A stretch of DNA of 64,000 bases, from assembly GCA_016194445.1 (NCBI GenBank), contig JACQBP010000040.1, positions 20,402 through 84,401 of the forward strand, read 5' to 3'. This document shows positions 48,416-58,572 of this stretch, one piece after another. Below the pieces are notes generated by a model that did no database searches, was not told where the DNA came from, and saw only the letters and a list, made by a program, of their open reading frames with translations. Position 1 is the first letter of the stretch, and the number at the start of each line of letters is the position of its first letter. Origin of the DNA: Candidatus Liptonbacteria bacterium. Its GTDB lineage: Bacteria > Patescibacteriota > Minisyncoccia > UBA6257 > 2-01-FULL-56-20. Both the position numbers and the translations under genes were made by a program.

Positions 48416-49381
48416 TTAGTTTTTCACTGCGGAGTCGTAATTCTTATCGAACCAATCTATAGTTTCCTTAATCCCGTCCTCGAGCGAGGTTCCTGGAAAC
48501 CAATGAAGTTTTTCTTTCATTTTACGGGTACTGAGTGTTTTCTTTAGCGCACCATCTGGCTTTGAGGTATTAAACACAATCTCACCGTCGTAGCCGATGA
48601 TTTTTTTAATAAGGCGCGCCAAATCAGCGATCGAAACACCTATGCCGCTTGCAATATTCAACGGTTCAATTTCGTTATAAAGCTCGCCAGCGCAAAGCGC
48701 GGCTTCGGCGCCATCTTCCACGTAAAGCCAATCACGAACCGGTTTGCCGGTTCCCCACACTTCAACGGATGGTAAATTATTTTTCTTGGCTTCGTAGAAT
48801 TTTTTGATAAGACCAGCGAGGGCTTTCGATTGATCGGGGTTAAAATGCTCCCCGGGCCCGTACATATTCGCATAGATTAAATGGATGGAGTTGAAATTAA
48901 ATTGCTTTTTTAAGGCTTTGCCGTAAACAACGCTCATTTTACGGGAAACGCCATAACTGAAGATAGAATCATGAACTTCACCACTCCAATAATCTTCTTC
49001 ATTTAATTCATCTTTTTCGACATAGCCAGGGTAAGAGCAACCCGCAACGATATTGATAAATTTTTGAACGCCGGATGCCTGCGCCGCTTCCATTAAAAAC
49101 AACCCCATCTTCATGTTATATAAGAAAAGTTCCGCTTCTTTCCCTTTATGAAAACCGATTCCTCCTTGAAACGCGGCACAGTTAATCACGACTTCTGGTT
49201 TAACTTTCTCCATGTACTCATAGCAGGTTTTTTCGATCGTGAAATCAATGCCTTGGTTGGTGCGAGGAATAAAAACTTCCGCGCCCGCATGCTTTAAACG
49301 TTCGACAATCCGCAAACCTAGAAATCCCCCTCCTCCAGGGACGGCAACTTTTTTCCCTTGGTAAAAACTAAGATGATCCAT
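48416..49381 (-). CDS. GDP-L-fucose synthase-like epimerase/reductase (Fcl paralog A)
   Basis: KVAVPGGGGFLGLRIVERL...NMYGPGEHFNPDQSKALAGLI...VWGTGKPVRDWLYVED. The longest ORF starts at 49519 and overlaps the upstream gene by 130 nt; the Met at about 49381 (MDHLSF) is preferred. Confidence 0.55.
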   Translation of the reverse strand: MDHLSFYQGKKVAVPGGGGFLGLRIVERLKHAGAEVFIPRTNQGIDFTIEKTCYEYMEKVKPEVVINCAAFQGGIGFHKGKEAELFLYNMKMGLFLMEAAQASGVQKFINIVAGCSYPGYVEKDELNEEDYWSGEVHDSIFSYGVSRKMSVVYGKALKKQFNFNSIHLIYANMYGPGEHFNPDQSKALAGLIKKFYEAKKNNLPSVEVWGTGKPVRDWLYVEDGAEAALCAGELYNEIEPLNIASGIGVSIADLARLIKKIIGYDGEIVFNTSKPDGALKKTLSTRKMKEKLHWFPGTSLEDGIKETIDWFDKNYDSAVKN

Positions 49382-49388
49382 TGATTTT

Positions 49389-50369
<981 letters not shown>

Positions 50370-50402
50370 TTATGTATAACAAGAATTGAGAATGGAGTGA
50401 AG

Positions 50403-50858
50403 TTATTCAAAACCGGCTAATTTTAGCATGTCTTGAGCATATTTTAACCACTTTTTGTCGATGCGGGAAAACCACTGCAACTTCGAACTTTGGAGATCGG
50501 GTTGAATAGTTTGGCCAGGTGGAACCAAAACAAGAAAAACTGAGTTGATACTATGAGTAGGGACCCCGAAAGAACTACTACTGGAAAAAAATTCCCGGGT
50601 AGTGATGAATTTTGAAATTTTAAATTTCTTAAGACCAGTCTCTTCTTCGACTTTTCGAATGACCGCTCGCCTCAAAGTTTCACCCCTTAGAACTCGACCG
50701 CCGGGAATACACCACTTGCCGATTCCAGGTTTGTTTTTTCTTTTGCAAAGGAGGAATTTTTCCCCGCTGACTAAAACTACGTCCACGCAAGGAATGGGCA
50801 TCACAGTCAAAATCTTACGATAGAACTGAGTGCTAATTTTAGCCTTTTTTACTTTCAC
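50403..50858 (-). CDS. gmm: NUDIX hydrolase, GDP-mannose mannosyl hydrolase-like
   Basis: Nudix box [24 protein letters not shown]; [32 protein letters not shown] aligns with Gmm/NudD; directly downstream of gmd. Confidence 0.55.
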   Translation of the reverse strand: MKVKKAKISTQFYRKILTVMPIPCVDVVLVSGEKFLLCKRKNKPGIGKWCIPGGRVLRGETLRRAVIRKVEEETGLKKFKISKFITTREFFSSSSSFGVPTHSINSVFLVLVPPGQTIQPDLQSSKLQWFSRIDKKWLKYAQDMLKLAGFE

Positions 50859-51874
50859 GATATCCTAATCTCATCGGCTTTTTCCTTTAAGTTATGGCCC
50901 TCAAGGTCGTGCTTCAACATTTTTTTAACTAAATCTTTAAAACCGACTTTGGCCCGCCAACCCAGTTTTTCTTTGGCTTTCCGCGTGTCGGCAAATAGAT
51001 TTTCGACTTCAGTGGGACGGTAGTATTTGGAATCGATCTCAACATAATCCTGCCAGTTCAAACCGGCTAATTTGAAAGCAGTTTCCACAAATTCTTTGAC
51101 GCTGTGGCTTTCGCCCGTGCCAATCACATAATCTTCTGGGTTGGGCTGTTGAAGCATTAGCCACATGGCTTCAACATATTCAGGAGCATAACCCCAATCG
51201 CGTTTAGCGTCGAGGTTGCCGAGGTAAAGTTTTTGATCTAAACCAGCTAAGATTCTCGAAATGCCGCGAGTAATTTTTTTAGTGACGAAAGTTTCGCCGC
51301 GCCGTTCGGATTCATGGTTGAAAAGAATGCCATTGACCGCAAAAATATTGTGAGCTTCTCGATAGTTTCGGGTGGTGTGATAGGCAAAAACTTTGGCGCA
51401 AGCGTAGGGGCTGCGTGGATAAAATGGAGTGTTTTCGCTCTGGGGAGGCGGGGTAGCGCCGAACATTTCGCTGGAACTGGCTTGGTAAAATTTCACTTTC
51501 TTGCCAGTGTGTTCTTCATAGTCCTTGATAGCTTCAAGAAGCCTTAAGGTGCCAAGTCCGGCAATGTTCACTGTATATTCCGCAATATCGAAAGAGACCC
51601 GGACGTGGGACTGGGCACCAAGGTTATAAATCTCATCGGGTTGAACTTTGTAAATCAACCGACGAATAGTGTTGGCGTCAGCCAGATCTCCATAGTGGAG
51701 AAAGAGATGGTGCTCTTTTTCATGGGGGTCTTGGTAAATGTGGTCAATGCGGCCAGTGTTAAAACTTGAAGCTCTGCGGATGATACCGTGAACCTCGTAA
51801 CCCTTAGAAAGAAGGAGTTCAGCCAAATAAGATCCGTCCTGGCCGGTAATGCCAGTAATAAGAGCTTTCTTCAT
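50855..51874 (-). CDS. gmd: GDP-mannose 4,6-dehydratase
   Basis: [48 protein letters not shown] is near-identical to the Gmd consensus. Confidence 0.8.
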   Translation of the reverse strand: MKKALITGITGQDGSYLAELLLSKGYEVHGIIRRASSFNTGRIDHIYQDPHEKEHHLFLHYGDLADANTIRRLIYKVQPDEIYNLGAQSHVRVSFDIAEYTVNIAGLGTLRLLEAIKDYEEHTGKKVKFYQASSSEMFGATPPPQSENTPFYPRSPYACAKVFAYHTTRNYREAHNIFAVNGILFNHESERRGETFVTKKITRGISRILAGLDQKLYLGNLDAKRDWGYAPEYVEAMWLMLQQPNPEDYVIGTGESHSVKEFVETAFKLAGLNWQDYVEIDSKYYRPTEVENLFADTRKAKEKLGWRAKVGFKDLVKKMLKHDLEGHNLKEKADEIRIS

Positions 51875-51891
51875 ACCAACTTTTTATCATG

Positions 51892-52521
51892 CTATTTCTT
51901 TTTAGTCAAGACTTTCGCCATAAAATCTTCCAGAGCTTTTTTGGTTCTTTCTTCATTGGGCCACTGGTTTAAAATTTGATCGGCGATACGTTTGACTTCG
52001 GAGACATTGCCCTCGACCCTATAAACATCAAAAAGTCCAAAAAGGACTTGGGGACGTTTAGGACCAAGTTCATAAGAAGAGAGATAGTATTTCTTAGCCG
52101 CAGCCAAGTAATTAACTTGTTGAGTTTTAAGAAAAGCTAGCTCATTTAAGGAACCAAGGAGATAAAGATTTTGGTTGAAGCTCATGCCGCGACCACTTTG
52201 AATAATAGGATCATAGTTTTGACTAAGATAATTCATAAGATCAGCAATGACCTCGGGTTTGACGTTGGGTTGACTCAAGATATTAGTAAATAAACTGCCG
52301 ACCTGCCGGACTAACTCCTCTTGGCCAAACGGAGAGTGAAAATCGAGTGGAGCAGAAATCCGACTTTTTAGCTCATCGAGAGTGGTCGCTTCGTTTAGTG
52401 TTCGCATGGTCTCTATAAAAAGCTGGGCTTTACGCAGTGGCCGGTAAGACCCGTAATGAGCAACAAAAATGATGAAGCTGCTTAAAGCAACCGCGATGAT
52501 TTTTTTAAGGTTTGGGTTCAT
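51892..52521 (-). CDS. hypothetical protein with N-terminal signal anchor
   Basis: 209 aa; hydrophobic N-terminus then soluble domain; no motif. Confidence 0.4.
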   Translation of the reverse strand: MNPNLKKIIAVALSSFIIFVAHYGSYRPLRKAQLFIETMRTLNEATTLDELKSRISAPLDFHSPFGQEELVRQVGSLFTNILSQPNVKPEVIADLMNYLSQNYDPIIQSGRGMSFNQNLYLLGSLNELAFLKTQQVNYLAAAKKYYLSSYELGPKRPQVLFGLFDVYRVEGNVSEVKRIADQILNQWPNEERTKKALEDFMAKVLTKKK

Positions 52522-53929
52522 AGGACTTTAAAAATTGGTACGAACTAAAAGCCAAGAAAAGGAAGAGGTTGAGGTAAATAGGGAGAACATCAAAGAGGGC
52601 GAGACCTTGGACTAAATAGCCGATCGAGAGAGCAAGCATCATACCCTTGACAACAGACTGGTGAGGGAGCGAAGTTGATTCAGGTGAATGGTCGGCTAAC
52701 GCCGTTTTTCTTCGAGAAAAAATATGCCAGAAAAAAACGACAAAAATCCCTAAATAACTAAGGAGGCCAAAAATCCCAGTCTCAGTTAAGTAATCGAAGA
52801 AAACGCTATGAGCTCGATCGAACCAGGTTTCAGAATTCGTACCCGGGACGTAATGCCGAGGATCGAAATGGCGATCAAAGACGGTGCTGAAATTTTCGGG
52901 GCCCCAGCCCAAGAGAGGGCGTTCTTTAAAACCCTGCCAAGCAGAGTTCCAGGTCCAAAAACGAGTTTTAAAAGTTTGATCACCGGGACTAATATTTAAA
53001 AGTCGGTTGTTGGCAAGTTGGGCATAGAACGAGGAGCAAGTGGTTTTGGCGCAGAGGGGAGAGACATAGAAAGAAACCCAAACCAATAAACCAGCTAACA
53101 AAGCGGAGAGAGTTAATCCAGTAGCAAACCATTTTTTTGCTTTTCCGCGGCTGGTAAAAAAGAGATGGACAAAAAAATACAAAAGAGCGACTAAGAGGCC
53201 TAAAAAGGCGCCGCGGGTGCGACTAAAGTAAAAAAAGAGGAGGAAGAAAATAATGAGAAAACTGTGAGTAGCCCAAATAAACCATTTTTTCTTAGCGGGT
53301 GAAGTAAACCAAAGATAGGCGGCATAGAAAATAGCAAACAGAAGATAGGGAGCGACATAGGCCGGGTTACCGAGAGAACCTTGGAATCTAGCGTTGGTGT
53401 CGGTTAATTTTGCCCAGACACCGGGTAACGAAGACTCGCTGTAGGGAGTGATAAAACTGTGGAACAAACTTGAATTAAACGGGATGCCATAAAGAATCAT
53501 TAAAGAGGCGGCGATCACCGAAAGCATAAAGATTTTTTTCCATTCTTTTTGATCCTGAAACACCAAAAGAAGCAGAACGAAAAAAAGATAATAATGAAGC
53601 ATTTGGAAGCCGCCTTCCCCTCTTTCGTAGTTAGACCAAAAAGCGGAAGCGGGACTGTAGGCAAAAAGCGAAGCCAACAAGTAAAACAAGACAAATGCAG
53701 AAACAGCGACGAAAAGCGGCTGCCGATAAATTTTTTTAAATCGCTCTTGAAGAGATCCGGAGGGTGACCCGAAGGCCCACCAGAGCAATAAAAAGACGAG
53801 GGCAAGTTCAGTGCAAATCCTAAAAAAATAATATTTGCCCCCGATAAAAGGGAAGAAAGTGGAGGGTAGGACAACCACCACGCTAAAAACTGAGGCGTAA
53901 AGAAAAAATTTAGAGATTTTGAGTAACAT
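52505..53929 (-). CDS. O-antigen ligase/polymerase-like (Wzy/WaaL-family) polytopic membrane protein
   Basis: 474 aa, about 10-12 TM helices with a large periplasmic loop. Confidence 0.45.
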   Translation of the reverse strand: MLLKISKFFLYASVFSVVVVLPSTFFPFIGGKYYFFRICTELALVFLLLWWAFGSPSGSLQERFKKIYRQPLFVAVSAFVLFYLLASLFAYSPASAFWSNYERGEGGFQMLHYYLFFVLLLLVFQDQKEWKKIFMLSVIAASLMILYGIPFNSSLFHSFITPYSESSLPGVWAKLTDTNARFQGSLGNPAYVAPYLLFAIFYAAYLWFTSPAKKKWFIWATHSFLIIFFLLFFYFSRTRGAFLGLLVALLYFFVHLFFTSRGKAKKWFATGLTLSALLAGLLVWVSFYVSPLCAKTTCSSFYAQLANNRLLNISPGDQTFKTRFWTWNSAWQGFKERPLLGWGPENFSTVFDRHFDPRHYVPGTNSETWFDRAHSVFFDYLTETGIFGLLSYLGIFVVFFWHIFSRRKTALADHSPESTSLPHQSVVKGMMLALSIGYLVQGLALFDVLPIYLNLFLFLAFSSYQFLKSYEPKP

Positions 53930-54033
53930 AAAATCTTGCTACGGAATACGGATGTAGTACGAATATACGGATAATGCTCTCTTCCTTTTGTATATTCGTA
54001 AGCGATTAGTAATTTGGTAGCTACTTAGCATAC

Positions 54034-54163
54034 CCGGTAGTGAAACTGCGACCATTGAAAAATCCGATGGGTTTAAATTTTGTCTTTGTCTAGAGGATGG
54101 CATGGAATAATTTCTAACTATTTCACTTGTTGAGACAAGTTTAAGTCGCAGTTCTACTACCGG
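54034..54163. repeat. 19-bp near-perfect inverted repeat (ccggtagtgaaactgcgac / gtcgcagttctactaccgg) enclosing about 92 nt, at the 3' end of rny
   Basis: Arms at 54034-54052 and 54145-54163 (one mismatch); inner hairpin acttg...caagt at 54125-54140. Confidence 0.5.
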
Positions 54164-55680
54164 GCGTATTCGACGGCTCGCATTTCTCTGATAACATTCA
54201 CTTTAATCTCGCCTGGATATTTTAACTCAGATTGGATACGGTTGGCAATCTCCCGAGCCATTTCAAGAGCCCGGAAGTCGTCGATTTTTTCGGGCGTGAC
54301 GAAAACCCGAAGTTCGCGGCCAGCTGAGATAGCGTAGGCGGTTTTGACGCCGGGAAAGTCGGTAGCAATCTTTTCGAGTTCGGAGAGGCGTTTGATGTAA
54401 TTTTCCAGGCTGTCGCGTCTGGCGCCAGGACGAGCGCCTGAGAGGACATCCGCGGTAGTGACGAGATACGCCTCGGGGATAGCGTAGGGGTAGTCCTCGT
54501 GGTGAGACTGCATGGCTTGAATGACTAAGTCGGGGAGGTTGTATTTTTTTAAAATTTTGCGACCAAGTTCGACGTGAGTGCCTTCGACCTCATGGTCGAT
54601 AGCTTTGCCGATGTCATGAAGGAGGGCGCCTTTTTTAGCGATCTCGACGTTCAGACCGAGTTCCCCGGCTAGCATACCCGCGATATGCGCCATTTCGATT
54701 GAGTGCAGAAGCACGTTTTGCCCATAACTGGTCCGGAAATGGAGACGACCAAGGAGTTGAATAATTTCTTTGGGTAAATCGTAGATGCCGACTTCCATGG
54801 TGGCGGCTTCCCCGATTTCCATAATTCTTTTTTGGATTTCTTGTTTAGCTTCTTCGACTTTCTCCTCGATTTTAGCCGGCTGGATGCGGCCGTCTTTAAT
54901 GAGTTTTTCAAGAGCCAGCCTGGCAATTTCGCGACGCAGAGGATCGAAGGAAGAGATCACGACGCTGTCGGGAGTTTCATCAATCACAAACTCGACGCCG
55001 GTGGCTCTTTCTAAAGCTCGAATATTGCGGCCTTCGCGGCCGATAATTTTACCTTTGAGCTCTTCGTCGGTGAGATGGAAGGCGGTGGTAGTGAGTTCGG
55101 CCACTTGAGAGCGAGCGTAGCGTTCCAGACTAGTGGTGATGATCTCGGCGGATTTTTTTTCGATTTCTTCTTTTCTTTCTTTTTCTAGTTTTTGGATAGA
55201 GATAGCTAGATCTTTACTATAGGTTTCTTTAATTTCGGACTGGAGTGAACTCAAGGCTTGATCTCTCGTTAAACCGCTGATTTTTTCGAGTTGAACTTCG
55301 AGTTGTTCTTTGAGGCTAGAGAGTTCGAGTTCTTTCTTTTTAAACTCTTCTTTTTTACCTTTGAGGGCGGCTTCGTCGTCGCCAAGGGCAACGATTTTTT
55401 TGTCGAGCATCTCCTCCCGCTTGAGGAATCTTTCTTCTAGACTATCGAGTTTAGTTTTTTGTTCGCGCCCTTCGCGTCTGACTTCGGCCAAAAGATCGGC
55501 TGCTTTACCTTCGGCTTCGAGAATAATTTTTTTCGAGCGCTCTTCGGCGGTTTCGAGTTTAGTTTTGGCCTTTTCTTCAACCGAACCGGCCTTACGAACC
55601 GAGAGAAACTGGCGAAGCGAGTAACCGGCGCCCAAACCTAAAAGAACACCGACTGCGGTTATTAAATACGGACTCGTCAT
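54157..55680 (-). CDS. rny: ribonuclease Y
   Basis: N-terminal TM helix, long coiled-coil, KH domain (GREGRNIRALERATGV) and HD domain (LHDIGKAIDHE); 507 aa. Confidence 0.75.
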   Translation of the reverse strand: MTSPYLITAVGVLLGLGAGYSLRQFLSVRKAGSVEEKAKTKLETAEERSKKIILEAEGKAADLLAEVRREGREQKTKLDSLEERFLKREEMLDKKIVALGDDEAALKGKKEEFKKKELELSSLKEQLEVQLEKISGLTRDQALSSLQSEIKETYSKDLAISIQKLEKERKEEIEKKSAEIITTSLERYARSQVAELTTTAFHLTDEELKGKIIGREGRNIRALERATGVEFVIDETPDSVVISSFDPLRREIARLALEKLIKDGRIQPAKIEEKVEEAKQEIQKRIMEIGEAATMEVGIYDLPKEIIQLLGRLHFRTSYGQNVLLHSIEMAHIAGMLAGELGLNVEIAKKGALLHDIGKAIDHEVEGTHVELGRKILKKYNLPDLVIQAMQSHHEDYPYAIPEAYLVTTADVLSGARPGARRDSLENYIKRLSELEKIATDFPGVKTAYAISAGRELRVFVTPEKIDDFRALEMAREIANRIQSELKYPGEIKVNVIREMRAVEYAR

Positions 55681-55899
55681 GGGAATTTTTTCCTAAATTC
55701 TTCATTTAATTTATTTTGGGTATTTGAATTTTTTAGGAAATAAAAATTTTGACTTTTAACAGTCGCCTTGAGACACCTTTATCCGCCAATCAACTTTTGG
55801 CTGTTGGGCTTAAACAATAAATTCGCTAAACGAATAGGAGAAACGGTTTCGGAAGTAAGGGTTCAAAGACGACATGATTTGTTTAAAGTTTAAAGCGAA

Positions 55900-56270
55900 A
55901 ATGGGGTCTAGTCAAGGGTTGCTTCGCACCTTGTTCCCAGAACCGGTTGTTCTCGCTTTCCAACGAAGCGAGCCAACCTGCGCTCTCGGCGTCAAAAGTC
56001 GCTAAGAGCGACACCAAGCTTTTGGCGCCTCTGAGAGTCCCGTAACTGTCCGCGAGTGTAGCGAGCGGTTATCAGTTGGCGCGATCCCGTGTATCTCCGA
56101 AGCCAGGCAATATAACAAGAGCTTTCATCGCGAACAAACGGGACCAACGCCACTCTACCCTCAAGCTTCGCTTTTCGGAGATTGGCGGGACTTCTCGGGA
56201 TAGACATTTCGCTCTGGAAGGATAGGGTAAGAAAACTCAACACCTTTTATGGAAACCGCAGACGAGGATA
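55900..56270 (-). ncRNA. rnpB: candidate RNase P RNA (rnpB), minus-strand orientation
   Basis: About 750-bp gene-free interval between rny and gpmI, GC-richer with small ORFs on both strands. The minus strand carries GAGAAGUCCCGCC (rc of 56185-56197; compare GGAAAGUCCGGGC) and ACAGUUACGGGACU (rc of 56036-56049; compare ACAGAA.CCGGCUUA), able to form the P4 pairing GUCCCG/CGGGAC. Between them are CGGGAUC (compare E. coli GCGGGAUCAGG) and GAAAGCUC..AUAUUGCC. Ends are not defined. Confidence 0.3.
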
Positions 56271-56436
56271 ATTTAAATTGGGTTCGGGAAAAAGGAGGAA
56301 ATGATTTAAAATAGAAGGCATGAATCCCGTTAGAAGCCGCGATCACTTTTAAACACATGAATACGCAACTTAATACATATTCACTAAAACAAACTAATTT
56401 GCAGATTCACTTAGATTGTGATCTGCTTCTAACGGG

Positions 56437-57966
56437 ATGAAAAGGACGGTACTTTTGGTGATTTTAGACGGATGGGGATTGGGACAGAAAAACCAATCAA
56501 ATCCAGTCCACGTAGCGGATCCTCAAAGTTTTAAGTGGCTTGAGGAAAATTTCCCAGTTACGAGTTTGCAGGCATCGGGCATTAGCGTGGGGCTCCCTTG
56601 GGGCGAAGTAGGCAACAGCGAGGTCGGCCACTTGACGATTGGGGCGGGTAAGGTGATCTACCAGTATTTCCCAAGAATCACGCTCACGATTAGAGATAGA
56701 ACTTTTTTCCAAAACGAGGCTTTGGAGGGCGCGTTCAATCACGCGCGGAAGAATAATTCAGCCGTAAATTTAGTGGGGCTTTTGACGGAAGGGACAGTCC
56801 ACGCGTCTCTAGATCATTTATTGGCGCTCATCGAGATGGGAGAAAAAGAAAAAGTGCCGGTCAAGTTGCACCTTTTCTCCGACGGCAAAGACGGCACACC
56901 GTATCGCCTGCAAGAAATTTTAAAGAAAATTCCTAAAGAAAAAATAGCGACACTAATGGGCCGTTATTACGGAATGGACCGAGAGAAAAACTGGAGTTTA
57001 ACCGAGAGGGCGTATGAAGCCATGACGAGTAGGGATTGGCCGGTGACGGGAGACATCGATGGGGTCATTCAAGAAACTTACCAAAAGAATCTAAACGAGG
57101 AGTTTGTGCCGCCGATGGCGCTTCAAGAAAACGCTTACATCAGGGACGGCGAAGCTTTGATTTTTTTCAACTTCCGGGAAGACAGCATTCGACAGATAGC
57201 GGAGTCTTTTATATCAAAAGATTTTGATAAATTTAAGAGGGTGAATTTCCAAAATCTTTACGTGACGACTATGACGCAATACGAAGACAGCTTCAAAGTG
57301 CCGGTGGCTTTCCCTCAAGAGAAAGTTGAGGCGCCTTTAGGTAAAGTTTTGAGTGAAGCGGGGAAAACCCAGTTACGACTCGCGGAAAGCTATAAATACG
57401 CTCACGTGACTTACTTCTTTAACGCTTACGTTGAGCAACCTTTTAAAGATGAGTATCGGGTATTTCTGCCGTCAATCAAGACACCGCACCCTGATGATCA
57501 TCCGGCAATGATGGCCGAGGCCATCACCGACCGCCTGATTCAGGCCCTCGAGACTCAGACTTTTGATTTTATTTTAGTGAATTACGCCAACCCGGACACC
57601 ATCGCTCACACGGGAAACTTCCAGGCGGCGCTAGAGGCGGTAAAAACGATTGATGATCAAATCGGGAAATTGATTAAAGTGAGCTTGGGGACGGGGGCGG
57701 TGCTTATGATCACCTCGGATCACGGCAACATCGAAGAAATGGTGAACCCCCTAACGGGGGTGGCGGAGACCCAGCACGACCCGAATCCGGTGCCGTTTTA
57801 TTTGGTGGCCACGGATTTTAGAAATAAAAGATTTATGAACTGGCAAAATTACAACGCAGAAACCATCGGCGTTTTATGCGATGTGGCGCCCACGATCTTA
57901 GAAATTATGGGTATCCCCCAACCCAAAGAAATGACGGGCCGGAGCTTGTTCCGAGATTTACTTTGA
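56437..57966 (+). CDS. gpmI: 2,3-bisphosphoglycerate-independent phosphoglycerate mutase
   Basis: LVILDGWGLG start, 509 aa, characteristic iPGM length and C-terminal metal-binding region (SDHGN). Confidence 0.75.
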   Translation: MKRTVLLVILDGWGLGQKNQSNPVHVADPQSFKWLEENFPVTSLQASGISVGLPWGEVGNSEVGHLTIGAGKVIYQYFPRITLTIRDRTFFQNEALEGAFNHARKNNSAVNLVGLLTEGTVHASLDHLLALIEMGEKEKVPVKLHLFSDGKDGTPYRLQEILKKIPKEKIATLMGRYYGMDREKNWSLTERAYEAMTSRDWPVTGDIDGVIQETYQKNLNEEFVPPMALQENAYIRDGEALIFFNFREDSIRQIAESFISKDFDKFKRVNFQNLYVTTMTQYEDSFKVPVAFPQEKVEAPLGKVLSEAGKTQLRLAESYKYAHVTYFFNAYVEQPFKDEYRVFLPSIKTPHPDDHPAMMAEAITDRLIQALETQTFDFILVNYANPDTIAHTGNFQAALEAVKTIDDQIGKLIKVSLGTGAVLMITSDHGNIEEMVNPLTGVAETQHDPNPVPFYLVATDFRNKRFMNWQNYNAETIGVLCDVAPTILEIMGIPQPKEMTGRSLFRDLL

Positions 57967-57992
57967 TAGACGGCGGTGATTTAATAAAAGAG

Positions 57993-58346
57993 ATGAAGGG
58001 GTTAGTAAAAACAGCAGCTATTATAGTGATAAACGCTTTGGTTTTTTGGGCGATGGGGCGTTATCTACCGGGCTTTACTTTAAGCGGAGATTTTAGGCAA
58101 GTGTTAGTGATCGCTTCGATTTTTACGGCGCTCAACTTTATTTTAAAACCGGTTATTAAACTGCTTTTCGGCCCGATTATTGTTTTAACTTTGGGTTTGG
58201 GGTTGGTGGTGGTCAATATGCTCGTGCTCTATATTCTTGACAGATTAGTAAATAGCCTTACTATTCAAGGAGTCTTGACGCTGCTTTACGCGTCGCTCAT
58301 TGTGGGGGTAGTTAATTTCGGACTGCATTCAATTTTTAAAAAATAG
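57993..58346 (+). CDS. phage-holin-family (Phage_holin_4_2-like) 4-TM membrane protein
   Basis: INALVFWAMGRYLPGF...GPIIVLTLGLGLVVVNMLVLYIL matches the holin_4_2/mycobacterial 4TM pattern. The longest ORF (57876) overlaps gpmI; the Met at about 57993 is preferred. Confidence 0.45.
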   Translation: MKGLVKTAAIIVINALVFWAMGRYLPGFTLSGDFRQVLVIASIFTALNFILKPVIKLLFGPIIVLTLGLGLVVVNMLVLYILDRLVNSLTIQGVLTLLYASLIVGVVNFGLHSIFKK

Positions 58347-58559
58347 ATGATCCCAATCATTCAAATAGCGATAGCGGTGGCCATTATTGTGCTTATACTA
58401 CTACAAGAAAGATCGGCGGGGCTTTCGGGTATTTTGGGCGGCGGGGATAGCGGCGGAGTGTATCAGACACGGCGGGGACTTGAAAAGGTAATTTTTAGAG
58501 GGACGATTGTGCTCGGGATAGTTTTTATCGCTCTCGCGATTTTTCAATTTCTAAAATAA
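58347..58559 (+). CDS. secG: preprotein translocase subunit SecG
   Basis: 70 aa, two TM helices flanking the glycine-rich LLQERSAGLSGILGGGDSGG loop. Confidence 0.55.
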   Translation: MIPIIQIAIAVAIIVLILLQERSAGLSGILGGGDSGGVYQTRRGLEKVIFRGTIVLGIVFIALAIFQFLK

Positions 58560-58572
58560 GCGAGAGATTAAG

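Noticed and set aside
55940-56260. Plus-strand orientation for the RNase P-like motifs
   Set aside because: The P4 strands are self-complementary so both orientations pair. Only the minus strand has ACAG preceding the 3' strand and a GAGAAGUCC 5' strand resembling GGAAAGUCC, plus the CGGGAUC block, so the minus orientation was preferred. It remains uncertain.
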